Under the pieces are notes generated by a model. That model made no database searches and had not been told where the DNA came from. It saw only the letters and a list, made by a program, of their open reading frames with translations. From contig SYLY01000099.1 in NCBI GenBank assembly GCA_005808475.1, forward strand, positions 1-61,937: 61,937 nucleotides of DNA. The letters run 5' to 3'. Below, piece after piece: positions 51,527-61,937 of this stretch. A program made the position numbers and the translations under genes. Source of the DNA: Acidobacteriota bacterium (GTDB lineage: Bacteria > Acidobacteriota > Terriglobia > Bryobacterales > Bryobacteraceae). Numbering within the stretch: position 1 is the stretch's first letter; each line of letters opens with the position of its first letter.

Positions 51527-52482
51527 ATGAAGTCTCCTCCCGTACCCCGGCGGCGATGGCCGAAGTACGCTCCTTGATTCGAATTAGTCGTGAAAAATCA
51601 AGACCGGTAGGAGGGAGGAGCGCGCCCACGATCTCGCACCCGGTACCCGGCGCGCGTGGCGGGAAACACGGCCGGGTTCGACCCCGGCCCGAACATGGGA
51701 GCGCCCGGGGCCTGCCCAGACGCGACGGCGTCCGCCGGCGGCGTGACGAATACCGGCAAATAGGCCGAATCCCCCTGGGCGCAATGGGCCTGGGCGCGGC
51801 TGGCAGTCGGGAGCGAGCAAGACCGCCGCCGCCAAAACAACTCGTCCTCGAGAGGCGCGGCGCTCAGGGCGCCGAGCAAAAGCGCGATGGCCAGGAGGGT
51901 GCGCCGGGGCGATACCACCCATCGAGTGTATCAGGCCGCCGCCCGGTGCGAAAGACCTCGACGGACGAATCGGCGAGTTGATATCCTGAAAGCCGGTGCG
52001 GTCCACGATTCTCCTAGCCAAGCCCCGCCACTTCCGCGCACTCGGGCGCCTATTGCTGCTGGCGTTGCTGGCTTGTTCCTCGTTTTGGGTGGGAGAGACG
52101 GAGCCGGACGAACTGGGTTCGGTCCAAGCCGGAAGAGCGGCGTCGGAACGAACAAGGCGGCGGCGCGGCCGGACCGCCCATTCGGCGGACGCCCTCCGCA
52201 CCGCGAGCCACCACGTCTCCACGCGCGGGGAGTTGGTTTTCGAGGCGATCTGTCCCGGGTTGGCGCTCGAGACTACGGCCGATGGTGGCGGCGTGGCGCC
52301 TGCCAGCTTGCCGCTCGTGTCACGACCCGCCCGGACCGTTGGCTTCGATCGCGGTCCTCCGGCCCGCCTCGGGTAGTCCATCCATAGAATCTTCGGTCTT
52401 TTCCGGAATCTCCGGAACGCTCGCGCGCTTTTCAGCTTCCGCGGGCGGATTCGATATGTGTCTTCAAGCAAGGAGAGAGTTC

Positions 52483-54015
52483 ATGCAGCCCAAGTTCACC
52501 GGCGATATTCTGCCGTCCATCATCGTTTTCCTGGTTGCGCTGCCATTGTGCATGGGAATCGCCATCGCCTCCGGCATGCCGCCCGCGTCGGGCCTGATCA
52601 CCGGCATCATCGGCGGTATCGTCGTGGGCGTCATTGCCGGTTCGCCCCTTCAGGTAAGTGGACCCGCGGCCGGGCTCGCGGTCCTCGTGGCGCAGATCGT
52701 GCAGGAGCATGGGGTGAACGCCCTGGGCCCGATGCTCATCGTGGCCGGCGTCATCCAGTTCGGCGCGGGGATGTTCAAAACAGGCCAGTGGTTCCGCGCG
52801 ATCTCGCCCGCCGTGATCTACGGTATGTTGACCGGCATCGGCATCCTGATCTTCGCCAGCCAGTTCCACGTGATGCTCGACGACAAACCGGGCAGCAACG
52901 GTGTGATGAATCTATTGACCATTCCGCGCGCGCTCCACAACGATTTCAGCAAGGAAGGCTACGAGCAGCACCATGTGCCCGCCCTGCTTGGCCTGATGAC
53001 TATCACCACCCTGATGCTGTGGAACCGGTTCCGCCCCAAGGCGCTCAAAATGATCCCCGGCGCGCTGATCGGCGTGGTGCTGGCCACGGTTACGGCTCTG
53101 GTCTGGGACGCCAAGGTAAATTACGTCGACGTGCCCGCCAATCTGCTCGCCGCCGCTAACTGGATGTCGCTCGATCGCTTCGCCATTCTCACGAACAAGA
53201 GCGCCTTGATCTCGACGCTTACGCTCGCGTTCGTGGCCAGCGCCGAGACGCTTCTCTCGGCCGGCGCGGTGGATCGCATGCACGACGGCCCCCGCAGCGA
53301 CTACGACCAGGAACTGCGCGCCCAAGGCGTCGGCAATTTCCTGTGCGGAATCGCCGGGTCTTTGCCGATGACCGGTGTAATCGTGCGCAGTTCGGCCAAC
53401 GTGCTGGCGGGCGGCAAGACGCGCTGGTCGGCTGTGATGCACGGAGTCTGGATGCTGGCCTTCGTGGCGGCGCTGCCTTTCGTGCTGGAGAGGGTGCCCA
53501 TCGCATCGCTGGCCGGGATCCTCGTCTATACCGGTTATAAGCTGATGGATTGGAAGAGCGCCAAGGCCCTGGCCAAGTATGGCCACATGCCGCTTTGGAT
53601 CTTTGGCGCCACCGTGGCCGGGATTGTAGGTATCGACCTGTTGACCGGTGTCATACTCGGCATTCTGCTCTCGTTCGGCAAGCTGATTCAGACAGCGTCT
53701 CAGATTGACATCTGGGTGCAGCAGGGCGAAGACCAACAGCGTGCCGACGTCCATATCTCGGGCGCGGCGACTTTCGTGAAGCTGCCCGTGATCGCCCAGA
53801 CATTCCAGAAGCTGCCGCGCAACATCCAGTGCCACGTGCACTTCGCCGAACTGGTCTCCATCGATCACAGCGTGATGGATCTTCTTACCTCGCTCGAAGA
53901 CGAGTTCGAGAGAGGCGGCGGACGGCTGGTCACCGAATGGGACCACCTGCACGTGCGCCATGAGAATCTCATCCGTGGCACGCAGCAGCAGCAGGAAGAC
54001 AAGGTGTCCAAATGA
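52483..54015 (+). CDS. SulP family inorganic anion transporter with STAS domain (second copy)
   Basis: [18 protein letters not shown] motif. AGGAGA Shine-Dalgarno 7 nt upstream of the ATG at 52483. ATGA overlap with the DabA-like gene. Confidence 0.9.
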   Translation: MQPKFTGDILPSIIVFLVALPLCMGIAIASGMPPASGLITGIIGGIVVGVIAGSPLQVSGPAAGLAVLVAQIVQEHGVNALGPMLIVAGVIQFGAGMFKTGQWFRAISPAVIYGMLTGIGILIFASQFHVMLDDKPGSNGVMNLLTIPRALHNDFSKEGYEQHHVPALLGLMTITTLMLWNRFRPKALKMIPGALIGVVLATVTALVWDAKVNYVDVPANLLAAANWMSLDRFAILTNKSALISTLTLAFVASAETLLSAGAVDRMHDGPRSDYDQELRAQGVGNFLCGIAGSLPMTGVIVRSSANVLAGGKTRWSAVMHGVWMLAFVAALPFVLERVPIASLAGILVYTGYKLMDWKSAKALAKYGHMPLWIFGATVAGIVGIDLLTGVILGILLSFGKLIQTASQIDIWVQQGEDQQRADVHISGAATFVKLPVIAQTFQKLPRNIQCHVHFAELVSIDHSVMDLLTSLEDEFERGGGRLVTEWDHLHVRHENLIRGTQQQQEDKVSK

Positions 54016-56822
54016 GTCCAGGTCCGGCGCGCGACCGGTTGGAGGCGGTCCTGAACCATGAGGCCCATCTCTTGCCGGTGCAGGGGCCCATCGGGGTCTT
54101 CATCCACCACAATACGTTACACGCGTTTCAGCACCTGCCGTTCGAGCAGGCCGTCCGCGACGCCGCGCGGACCTTCGGCGCCGAACCGTTCATGGAAGAA
54201 CGAGCGTTCCGCGAGGCCCTCGCGCGCGGGCGCATTCTGCCCGAGGATCTCGACGCGGTGCTAGCCCGGGAACCGGACGTCGAACTGTGGTCAGGCGGCT
54301 TGACCCGCACGACGTTGCGCCGCGCCATGCTTTGGCCAGGCGTGGGGGATTTCCGGCCGGAGACCGTCGAGTGGGCGATCGCCGAAAGCCCCTTGGGCAG
54401 CGATCCGCGCCTCGACTTCTGCCTGCGGCATATGCCGGAGCCGGCGCCGGCCACCGCCGTCCGGCCCGTGCGCCCGCGCGACGGAGTGCTGGCCGCCGCG
54501 CACGCCGACATCGACGAAGTGGTGGAGCCCCACCTGATCAAGCTCTGCGCCGCGTTCCTCGACCAGGGGCTGGCGAACTGGCCCATGCCCTATCGCGAAG
54601 AAGGGTTTTGGCGCGCGACTCTACGGCTTCTCGCGCAGCCGGCGACGCTGACCGGAGGCGGCTTGCGCCGCCTCGACGAATTTGCGCGAATGGCCCGCCC
54701 ATGGGATGCGCCGGACGCTGTGTTGCACTGGCTCGGCTTGCTGGGCGTCGACGAGGACGACTGGCCGGGATTGATTCAAGCCGAGTTACTCGCCTTGCCG
54801 GGTTGGGCCGGCCTGATGCACACGCTCGAGCACGATCCCGCGCTGGCCCCGCACCACCGCGCGCCGGCCTCGTTGATGGATTTTCTCGCCGTGCGGCTCT
54901 TACTCACCGTCGCCGCCACCGCGAGCGTTACCGGGGATTTGACAAGCTGGCGGCTCACCAGGCCGCCGGCGGCCCCGCATCCGCGGGCCCAACTGGCGCG
55001 CGCCGCGACACTGGCGGACGCGATCGGGCTGGCCGGCCTGCCGTCGCCCGCGTTGGCCGCGCTTCCGGGGGACGATCGACGCCGGCTCTTCGCGGCCATT
55101 GAAGAGTTCGGCGCCTGGGAAAGAAGGCGGGTGTTACAACTGGCCTATGAGCGGCGGCACGAGCGGCAGGTGTTGTTGCCCCTGGCGGAGCATCGCCGCT
55201 CGTCTGTTCCGGCCACTCCGGCGCGAGCCGCCGCGCAGGTGATTTTCTGCATCGACGAGCGGGAAGAAGCCATCCGCCGGCACCTGGAAGAGACCGACCC
55301 GGGTATCGAGACCCTCGGCGCTGCGGGCTTCTTTGGCGCGGCGGTGAACTTCGCCGGCATCGACGATGCGCACGGCGTACCGCTGTGTCCCGTAGTGGTG
55401 AAGCCTCGCCACGCGGTGGAGGAACGCCCGGCGAAAGGTGAGGGCGAAGTCTATGCCCGGCGTCGCGCCTTGCGCCGCGTAGGCGGGCAACTGGTACGGC
55501 ACTGGTTCGTTTCGTCGCGGACGCTCCTGAGAGGCTGGCTGGGCACCGCGGGCCTGGGTTTGCTTTCGATCTTTCCGCTGGCGGCACGGGTGTTGAGCCC
55601 GCGCCTCCACGGCGAAATGGCCAAGCGTCTGTATGCCGCCTTCTTGCCCGAGCCGATCACGGAACTGGCCTTCATGCGCGACGGCGCGCAGGGGCAAGTA
55701 GCCGAAGGAGGCTTGCTGCGGGGCTTCACCGTCGAGGAGAATACCGACCGCGTCACCGCCGTGCTCGGCGCGGCGGGGCTCCGCCAGGGTCTGGCGCGGC
55801 TGGTGACTGTGCTGGGGCACGGTTCCACCAGCCTGAACAATCCGCACGAATCGGCTCACGACTGCGGCGCCTGCGGCGGACGCCGCGGCGGACCGAACGC
55901 ACGGCTCTTCGCGGCCATGGCCAATCACCCGGACGTACGGACGCAGTTGCGCGAGCGCGGCCTGGAGATCCCCGCCGACACTTGGTTCGTGGGCGGCTAT
56001 CACGACACATGCAGCGACGATATCGACCTGTTCGACTTGAACTTGGCGCCCCCGGCGCACGCCGCCGACTTGCTTCGCGTCCGCGCGGCGCTGGACCGGG
56101 CCAGAGCCCTCAGCGCTCACGAGCGCGCGCGGAGGTTCGAAGCCGCCTCCTATTCGCTCGACGCCGCGGGTGGCTTGCGGCACGCGCAGGTACGCGCGGA
56201 ACATCTCGCCGAACCGCGCCCGGAGTACGGACACTGCACCAACGCCGTCTGCATCGTTGGCCGGCGCTCCACCACGCGTGGCCTGTTCCTCGACCGCAGA
56301 GCGTTTCTGGTCTCTTACGATGCCTCGCAGGATCCGGAGAACCAAAGCCTCGCGGCGCAATTGGGCGCGGTGGTGCCGGTCTGCGGAGGCATCAGTCTCG
56401 AATACTACTTCTCGTTCGTCGACAACGAAGCTTACGGCTGCGGCACCAAGCTGCCCCACAACGTGACCGGGTTAGTGGGTGTGATGAATGGCTATGAAAG
56501 CGACCTGCGTACCGGGCTACCTTGGCAGATGGTGGAGATCCATGAACCCGTCCGGATACTCTTTGTCGTGGAGTCGTCTCCCGAACGAGTGCTCGATACC
56601 ATGCGCAAGAATCCGCTCGTGTGGGAGTTCCTGGTCAACCGCTGGATCCGGCTGGCCGTGCTCGACCCAGCGGGCGGGCCGCCACTGGCCTATCGCGATG
56701 GCGCGTGGGAGCCGGTGGAAGGCGGCGATGTGCCATTGCCAGTCGCGCCATCGTCCATGTCGTGGTATGCCGGCCGGCGTGAGCATCTTCCCATCGCCCG
56801 CATCCAGGGGGCCGCTGCTTGA
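54012..56822 (+). CDS. dabA: DabA-like protein (DUF2309; putative inorganic carbon transporter subunit)
   Basis: 936 aa. N-terminal VQGPIGVFIHHNTLHAFQHLPFEQAV resembles the conserved DUF2309 block as I recall it. Followed by NuoL-family membrane subunits, as in DAB operons. Confidence 0.65.
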   Translation: MSPGPARDRLEAVLNHEAHLLPVQGPIGVFIHHNTLHAFQHLPFEQAVRDAARTFGAEPFMEERAFREALARGRILPEDLDAVLAREPDVELWSGGLTRTTLRRAMLWPGVGDFRPETVEWAIAESPLGSDPRLDFCLRHMPEPAPATAVRPVRPRDGVLAAAHADIDEVVEPHLIKLCAAFLDQGLANWPMPYREEGFWRATLRLLAQPATLTGGGLRRLDEFARMARPWDAPDAVLHWLGLLGVDEDDWPGLIQAELLALPGWAGLMHTLEHDPALAPHHRAPASLMDFLAVRLLLTVAATASVTGDLTSWRLTRPPAAPHPRAQLARAATLADAIGLAGLPSPALAALPGDDRRRLFAAIEEFGAWERRRVLQLAYERRHERQVLLPLAEHRRSSVPATPARAAAQVIFCIDEREEAIRRHLEETDPGIETLGAAGFFGAAVNFAGIDDAHGVPLCPVVVKPRHAVEERPAKGEGEVYARRRALRRVGGQLVRHWFVSSRTLLRGWLGTAGLGLLSIFPLAARVLSPRLHGEMAKRLYAAFLPEPITELAFMRDGAQGQVAEGGLLRGFTVEENTDRVTAVLGAAGLRQGLARLVTVLGHGSTSLNNPHESAHDCGACGGRRGGPNARLFAAMANHPDVRTQLRERGLEIPADTWFVGGYHDTCSDDIDLFDLNLAPPAHAADLLRVRAALDRARALSAHERARRFEAASYSLDAAGGLRHAQVRAEHLAEPRPEYGHCTNAVCIVGRRSTTRGLFLDRRAFLVSYDASQDPENQSLAAQLGAVVPVCGGISLEYYFSFVDNEAYGCGTKLPHNVTGLVGVMNGYESDLRTGLPWQMVEIHEPVRILFVVESSPERVLDTMRKNPLVWEFLVNRWIRLAVLDPAGGPPLAYRDGAWEPVEGGDVPLPVAPSSMSWYAGRREHLPIARIQGAAA

Positions 56823-57051
56823 GCGAGATACGCGTGCCGCCGCCACGCCCGGCGAGCCGGCCGGAAGCAGGTGGACATACGCCTGGCTTTCGAACACCGT
56901 GCACGAGCGCGGCGGCCCCGCCAACGACGCACGGCAAGCGATGGTATGCCGCCGGCCGGAAATGCCGGCCAAGTCTTCCAACTAGCGGCCTCCGTTCGAT
57001 GAAACCTCCGTCGCTTCACATCGCCGCCGGCCTTGCCCCGGAGGCCGCCGC

Positions 57052-58344
57052 ATGATGGAAACTCTGCTGCTTGCCATCGTCGCCACGCCCGGCGTCACGT
57101 TCCTCGCGCTAGGCTTCTGCTGGCTCGCCGGATGGACGCCCACCGAGCGCTTCGTGTCGCGCGTGACAGCCGTCGCCTTCAGCCTGCTGACGGCGGGCGC
57201 CGCCTGGCTCGCTTGGCTGATGTTCGCCGCGGGCGTCGTTAGCGTGCGAATCTCGCTCGGCGAGTGGTTCCGCGCCGGCGGCTATCACTTCCCGCTTGCC
57301 CTCCAAGTCGACCGCCTGTCGCTCCCGATGGTCGCCATCACAGCGGTGCTGGGCGGACTGGCCGGATCGTTCTCGGTCCGCTATGTGCATCGCGACCCCG
57401 GCTTTTTCCGCTTCTTTCTCCTGCTGAATCTGTTTGCGTTCGGCGCGATCACCGCGTTTACCGCCGGTTCGTTCGATCTGCTGATCGGGGGCTGGGAACT
57501 CGTCGGCGTGACGTCCGTCCTGCTGATCGCCTTCTTCGGCGACCGGCCCGCGCCGGCCCGCAACGCCGTCCGCGTCTTTGCCAGCTACCGCATCGCCGAC
57601 ATAGGCATTTTGCTGGCTAGCTTCGTGCTGCATCACGGCGGCTCAACCTTGTTCACGCCGATGCTGCCGGGCGACTGGCCCGGCCAAGGTTCCCGTCTTG
57701 CGGCGCCGGACGCGTTACTTGCGGGCTTTCTGCTGCTGACCGCCGCGTCGGGCAAATCCGCGCAAGGGCCCTTCGCCGGTTGGCTGCCGCGGGCCATGGA
57801 AGGCCCCACGCCGTCCAGTTCCATCTTCTACGGCGCGATTTCCATTCATCTGGGCGCCTACCTGTTGCTGCGGTTCGAGCCGGTGATTCAAAGCGCGCCG
57901 CCGGTCGCCTGGGCCACCGTGATCGTCGGCGCATTGACGGCCCTCACCGGTACCGCCTCGCATCGCGTCTCCTCCGACGTGAAGACCTCGCTGGCCTATG
58001 CCTCCATGACGCAGGTGGGCGTCATCTTCGTCGAGATCGGTCTCGGCTATCCACGCCTGGCGTTGTGGCACATTGTGGGCCATGCCGTGGTGCGCACTCT
58101 GCAACTGCTGCGCGCGCCGTCCATGCTGCACGACTATCACAAGATGCATGCGGCCGTCGGCGGAGACCTGCGGCCCACCGGGCAATGGATGCCGGCCGTG
58201 CTGCCCATGGGCCCGCGGATGTGGCTCTACCGGTTCGGGCTGGAAGGCGGCTTCTACGACGCCTGGCTCGACCGGCTGGTGATCGCACCGGTGTTGCGCC
58301 TTGCGCGCGCGCTGTCTGGACGGAGCAAAGATGCTCCAGCTTGA
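57052..58344 (+). CDS. dabB: NuoL/MnhA-family proton-translocating membrane subunit (DabB-like), 430 aa
   Basis: Polytopic. PF00361-like core (GWELVGVTSVLLIAFF..., WLPRAMEGPTPSSSIFYGAISIHLGAYLLLR). Confidence 0.7.
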   Translation: MMETLLLAIVATPGVTFLALGFCWLAGWTPTERFVSRVTAVAFSLLTAGAAWLAWLMFAAGVVSVRISLGEWFRAGGYHFPLALQVDRLSLPMVAITAVLGGLAGSFSVRYVHRDPGFFRFFLLLNLFAFGAITAFTAGSFDLLIGGWELVGVTSVLLIAFFGDRPAPARNAVRVFASYRIADIGILLASFVLHHGGSTLFTPMLPGDWPGQGSRLAAPDALLAGFLLLTAASGKSAQGPFAGWLPRAMEGPTPSSSIFYGAISIHLGAYLLLRFEPVIQSAPPVAWATVIVGALTALTGTASHRVSSDVKTSLAYASMTQVGVIFVEIGLGYPRLALWHIVGHAVVRTLQLLRAPSMLHDYHKMHAAVGGDLRPTGQWMPAVLPMGPRMWLYRFGLEGGFYDAWLDRLVIAPVLRLARALSGRSKDAPA

Positions 58345-59467
58345 TTCGCTCGCCCTCGTCTCGATGGGCTCCTTCCTGCTGCTGTTTGCGGTCACGGTGT
58401 TAGCCGCGCCTCGTCGCGACCGCACCGGCGCGGCTCGCCTGGAACTAGCCGCTCTGCTCGCCGGCACGCTGCTGGCCTATGCCGCCGCGGCCCTGCCGGT
58501 GTTTCTCGCCGGCTGGGCCCTTACAGTGTGGCCCTCCTGGCGCGGCCAAAGTCGAGGGGCGCGCCTGGTGCTGGCGGCTAGCACCGTTCTGCTGGCCGGT
58601 GGCGCGGCGCTGATGTCCCATCCTCCCGTGGCGTTCGTGGCCTTAGCCGCCGCCGTGCTGTTGCGCAAAGGCATCTTCCCCTTTCACCGCGCCACGCTCG
58701 GCGCCTTCGAACGGATGCCGCTGCCCGCGGTCGGCCTGACGCTCAATAGCCACCTCGGCGGCTACTTACTGATCCGGTTTGTGATTCCGCGCTTTCCCGC
58801 GTTGTCCGCCGAGTGGCTGCCGCACCTGAGCATCCTGGCGCTGGTCACGTCGGTGTTCATGGCGCTGGCCGCGCTCGGCGAACGTCAACCCCGCCGGTTG
58901 CTCGGCCTGCTCTGGATCAGCCAAGGGTCGTTCATCCTGGCCGGGCTCGCCACCAATTCGCAGGCGGGCATCACCGGCGCTCTGATGCAGTGGTGGGTCG
59001 TGGCCTTCGCGATGACCGGTATGATGTCGGTCTACGCCTCGCTCGAGGCACGCACCAGCAGCGTGCGGTCGCCAGACGAGTTCCTCGGCTTGGCGGCGCA
59101 TGCCCCTCGCCTCGGGGTCTTCTTCACGATCTGCGGACTCGCGCTGGTGGGTCTGCCCGGCACCTTGGGCTTCGTCGCCGAGGACCTGCTGTTCCACGGC
59201 GCGCTCGAAGCGCATCCGCTGCTGGGTGTCGCACTGCCGGTGGCTACCGCCTTGAACGCGATTTCGGTGCTCCGCTTGCTGGCAACGCTCTTCATGGGAC
59301 GGCGGGCCATCCACGTACCGCCGGTCCCCGATGCTTTGCCTCGGGAGCGCCTCGCGCTGTCGCTGGCCGTTGGCTTGCTGATTTTCGGCGGGCTGATGCC
59401 CGCGCTTCTAATTGCGCTCCGTACACCATCGGCTGAGGCCTTAACCAAAGCAATATCGGGTAAATAA
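58331..59467 (+). CDS. second NuoL/NuoN-family (PF00361-like) membrane subunit, 378 aa
   Basis: Polytopic antiporter-like protein. ATG at 58331 gives a 14-nt overlap with the preceding gene. Confidence 0.65.
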   Translation: MLQLDSLALVSMGSFLLLFAVTVLAAPRRDRTGAARLELAALLAGTLLAYAAAALPVFLAGWALTVWPSWRGQSRGARLVLAASTVLLAGGAALMSHPPVAFVALAAAVLLRKGIFPFHRATLGAFERMPLPAVGLTLNSHLGGYLLIRFVIPRFPALSAEWLPHLSILALVTSVFMALAALGERQPRRLLGLLWISQGSFILAGLATNSQAGITGALMQWWVVAFAMTGMMSVYASLEARTSSVRSPDEFLGLAAHAPRLGVFFTICGLALVGLPGTLGFVAEDLLFHGALEAHPLLGVALPVATALNAISVLRLLATLFMGRRAIHVPPVPDALPRERLALSLAVGLLIFGGLMPALLIALRTPSAEALTKAISGK

Positions 59468-59805
59468 ATAACCACGCCCGTGCCGCGAGCCATACGCGCA
59501 CCGCGCTTCCGCGCCGCCGTTCACGAAGTCGGCCATACGCACTACCCGGTTGATTGACGCCTTCTCAAAAACCGGACTGCCGGCGTTGCAGCCGAAGCCG
59601 TGGAACATCGACGAATGGCTCGCCGGTATGTCCAACAGCCTGACGGGGGCGCCGTGTCGGAGAACACGCCTTGGATCCCGGTGGCGAGCCCGGCCGGCGC
59701 GCCGGGAGGGGTGATGCTGCCGGTGGCGCCCCTACGCGGGAGCGCTGAACCGCCCGGCGGCGGTGACGATCGGCGGCTACACCGGCGCGCCGAGAATCGT
59801 GACAG

Positions 59806-60227
<422 letters not shown>

Positions 60228-60228
<1 letters not shown>

Positions 60229-61382
60229 CAGATCTTACTCCACATGTCCGATCGCGGATCCTCGGGATGGAGTTGCGCCAACTCCCGCAGGATCTCGCGG
60301 CTTCGTTCGTCGCGCGCCAGCGGCGCCTGCACCGCGATCTCCACGATGAGATCGCCGCGCTTGTCCTTGCGCTGATTGTAGATGCCCTTGTCGCGCAGGC
60401 GGAACTTCTGCTCGTTCTGGGTCCCCTGCGGAATCTTGAGCAGGGCCTTGCCTTCCACCGTCGGAACCTCGAGCTTGGTTCCGAGCGCGGCCTCCCACAC
60501 GGTGACCGGCACTTTGATGTGCAGGTCCTCGCCCTCGCGCTCGAAGAAGGGGTGCGGCTCCACGTTAACTGTGATGTAGAGGTCGCCCGGAGGCCCGCCG
60601 AGTGTCCCCGCGTTGCCTTTGTGGGCGACGCGCAGCCGGTCGCCCGGCTTGACTCCCGCCGGAAGCTTGACCTCGACCTGATCGCCGGCCGTGGTCCGGC
60701 CTTCGCCGTGACAGGCTGTGCAGACGTTTCGCAGGCGGCCAGATCCTTCGCACTTGGGGCACGTCAGGTTGAACTTCATCGCGCCCGCCTGTTGGGTCAC
60801 GTTGCCGCTGCCGTTGCATTGCGGACAGACGATGTTGTTGCTTCCCGCCGCTCCCGATCCGCGGCAGGCTCCGCAGGTCTCGTGCCGCTGGATGGTGAGG
60901 CGCGCCTGCGTTCCCTTGACGGCGCGCCAGAAGTCGACGTTCAGCGCGTATTCGAGGTCGGAGCCGCGTTGCGGTTCCGAGCGCCGCTGCTGCGCCCGCC
61001 CGAAGAACTGGCCGAACAGATCGCCGAACCGCGAGTTCGGTTGTCCGGCCTGCTCGTCCTTGGGAGCGCCGAACATATCGGTGAAGTCGAAACCGCTGAA
61101 GTCCATGTGGGGCTGGCCGGGTCCCGGATGCGATCCCGGGGGGCCGCCCTGCATGTTCTCCGAATAGAAGCCGTGCTGATCGTAGACGGCCTTCTTCTTG
61201 GCGTCGCCGAGGACCTCGTGGGCTTCGGATAGATGCTTGAAACGCTCTTCCGCGGCCTTGTCGCCGGGGTTGAGATCGGGGTGGAACTTGCGCGCGAGCC
61301 GGCGGTACGCCTTGCGGATCTCATCCTCGGTGGCTCCCCGGCGCAGGCCCAAGGTCTCGTAATAGTCCTGTTTCTGCGGCAT
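60228..61382 (-). CDS. dnaJ: molecular chaperone DnaJ
   Basis: J-domain with HPD. Four CxxCxGxG zinc-finger repeats ([32 protein letters not shown]). Confidence 0.95.
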
Positions 61383-61432
61383 GGTGAATCGAACGGGCGG
61401 AGACCGGCTCCGCCCCTGTCCGCTCCCGTTGC

Positions 61433-61937
61433 TTACTTCTTCTCGTCCACGTCCACGAACTCGGCGTCCACCACCGTGTCGTCCTTCTTCTTGGCTCCGT
61501 CGCCCGGCCCGGCTCCCGGTTGTCCGGCGCCGCCCGGACCGCCCTGGCCCGCCGAGGTGGCCTTGTACATCGCCTCCGCCATCTTGTGGGACGACTGCGT
61601 CAGCTTGTCCATCGCGGCCTGGATCTTGTCCTTGCCGCCGCCTTCCATCGCCTGGCGCACTTCCTTGATCGCGCCTTCCACGGCCGCCGCGTCGCCTTCG
61701 CCGATCCGCTCGCGGTGTTCCTTGAGCATCTTCTCGGTGGAGTAGATCATGTTATCGGCCTGGTTGCGCAGTTCGATCTCTTCCTTGCGGTTGCGATCGT
61801 CGGCGGCGTGGGATTCGGCGTCGCGGGCGATCTTCTCCACTTCGTCCTTGCTGAGGCCGCTCGACGAAGTGATGGTGATCTTCTGCTCGTTGCCGGTGGC
61901 CCGGTCCTTCGCCGAGACGTTCAGGATGCCGTTGGCG
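61433..61937 (-). CDS. dnaK: molecular chaperone DnaK, C-terminal part; 5' end outside the window
   Basis: Open frame to the window edge. ...[36 protein letters not shown]... and a Gly/Pro-rich tail ending EFVDVDEKK. Confidence 0.95.
   Translation of the reverse strand, partial: ANGILNVSAKDRATGNEQKITITSSSGLSKDEVEKIARDAESHAADDRNRKEEIELRNQADNMIYSTEKMLKEHRERIGEGDAAAVEGAIKEVRQAMEGGGKDKIQAAMDKLTQSSHKMAEAMYKATSAGQGGPGGAGQPGAGPGDGAKKKDDTVVDAEFVDVDEKK

Noticed and set aside
51584-52471. 295-aa minus-strand ORF spanning the SulP intergenic region
   Set aside because: Strongly Arg/Pro/Ala-biased. Only the short signal-peptide ORFs inside the region were retained, and only as low-confidence findings.
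54955-56459. 441-aa and 210-aa minus-strand ORFs within dabA
   Set aside because: Antisense frames of a gene with a recognisable conserved N-terminal block. Low-complexity composition.

Overview
This 61.9 kb window is high-GC (about 65-70%) bacterial chromosome. Its gene content looks Acidobacteria-like: a DUF1553/DUF1501 pair, two giant TonB-dependent receptors with a CarboxypepD_reg N-terminal domain, and a Cys-type sulfatase with a Tat signal. Housekeeping genes (ligA, ppk1, dxr-rseP, yggS, the 3' end of a dnaK-dnaJ-hspR operon) are mixed with accessory content. The accessory content includes: (i) an arsenosugar-type cluster (glycosyltransferase, AhpD-like peroxidase-like protein, ArsS-like radical SAM enzyme) directly downstream of ppk1; (ii) a 1.7 kb degenerate IS-like element bounded by subterminal GGGGACATTTCTA inverted repeats, carrying a truncated ISNCY-like transposase remnant and a MazF/PemK toxin-antitoxin pair; (iii) a DUF4411 (PIN-like) / ImmA-IrrE metallopeptidase pair next to about 600 bp of gene debris; (iv) a tandem 185 bp repeat built on AACCCGGACAA hairpins inside an 825 bp noncoding gap; (v) a frameshifted C69 dipeptidase; (vi) an inorganic-carbon acquisition locus (beta-carbonic anhydrase plus a degenerate partial duplicate of its own 3' end, two divergent SulP transporters, a DabA-like DUF2309 protein translationally coupled to SulP, and two adjacent NuoL/NuoN-type DabB-like membrane subunits). 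Also present are a tRNA-like gene with an aberrant acceptor stem and anticodon loop, a plus-strand intrinsic terminator implying an unannotated small RNA, and several secreted hypothetical proteins. There is no CRISPR array and no rRNA. All calls come from manual reading of the six-frame translations and the DNA; no searches were run.
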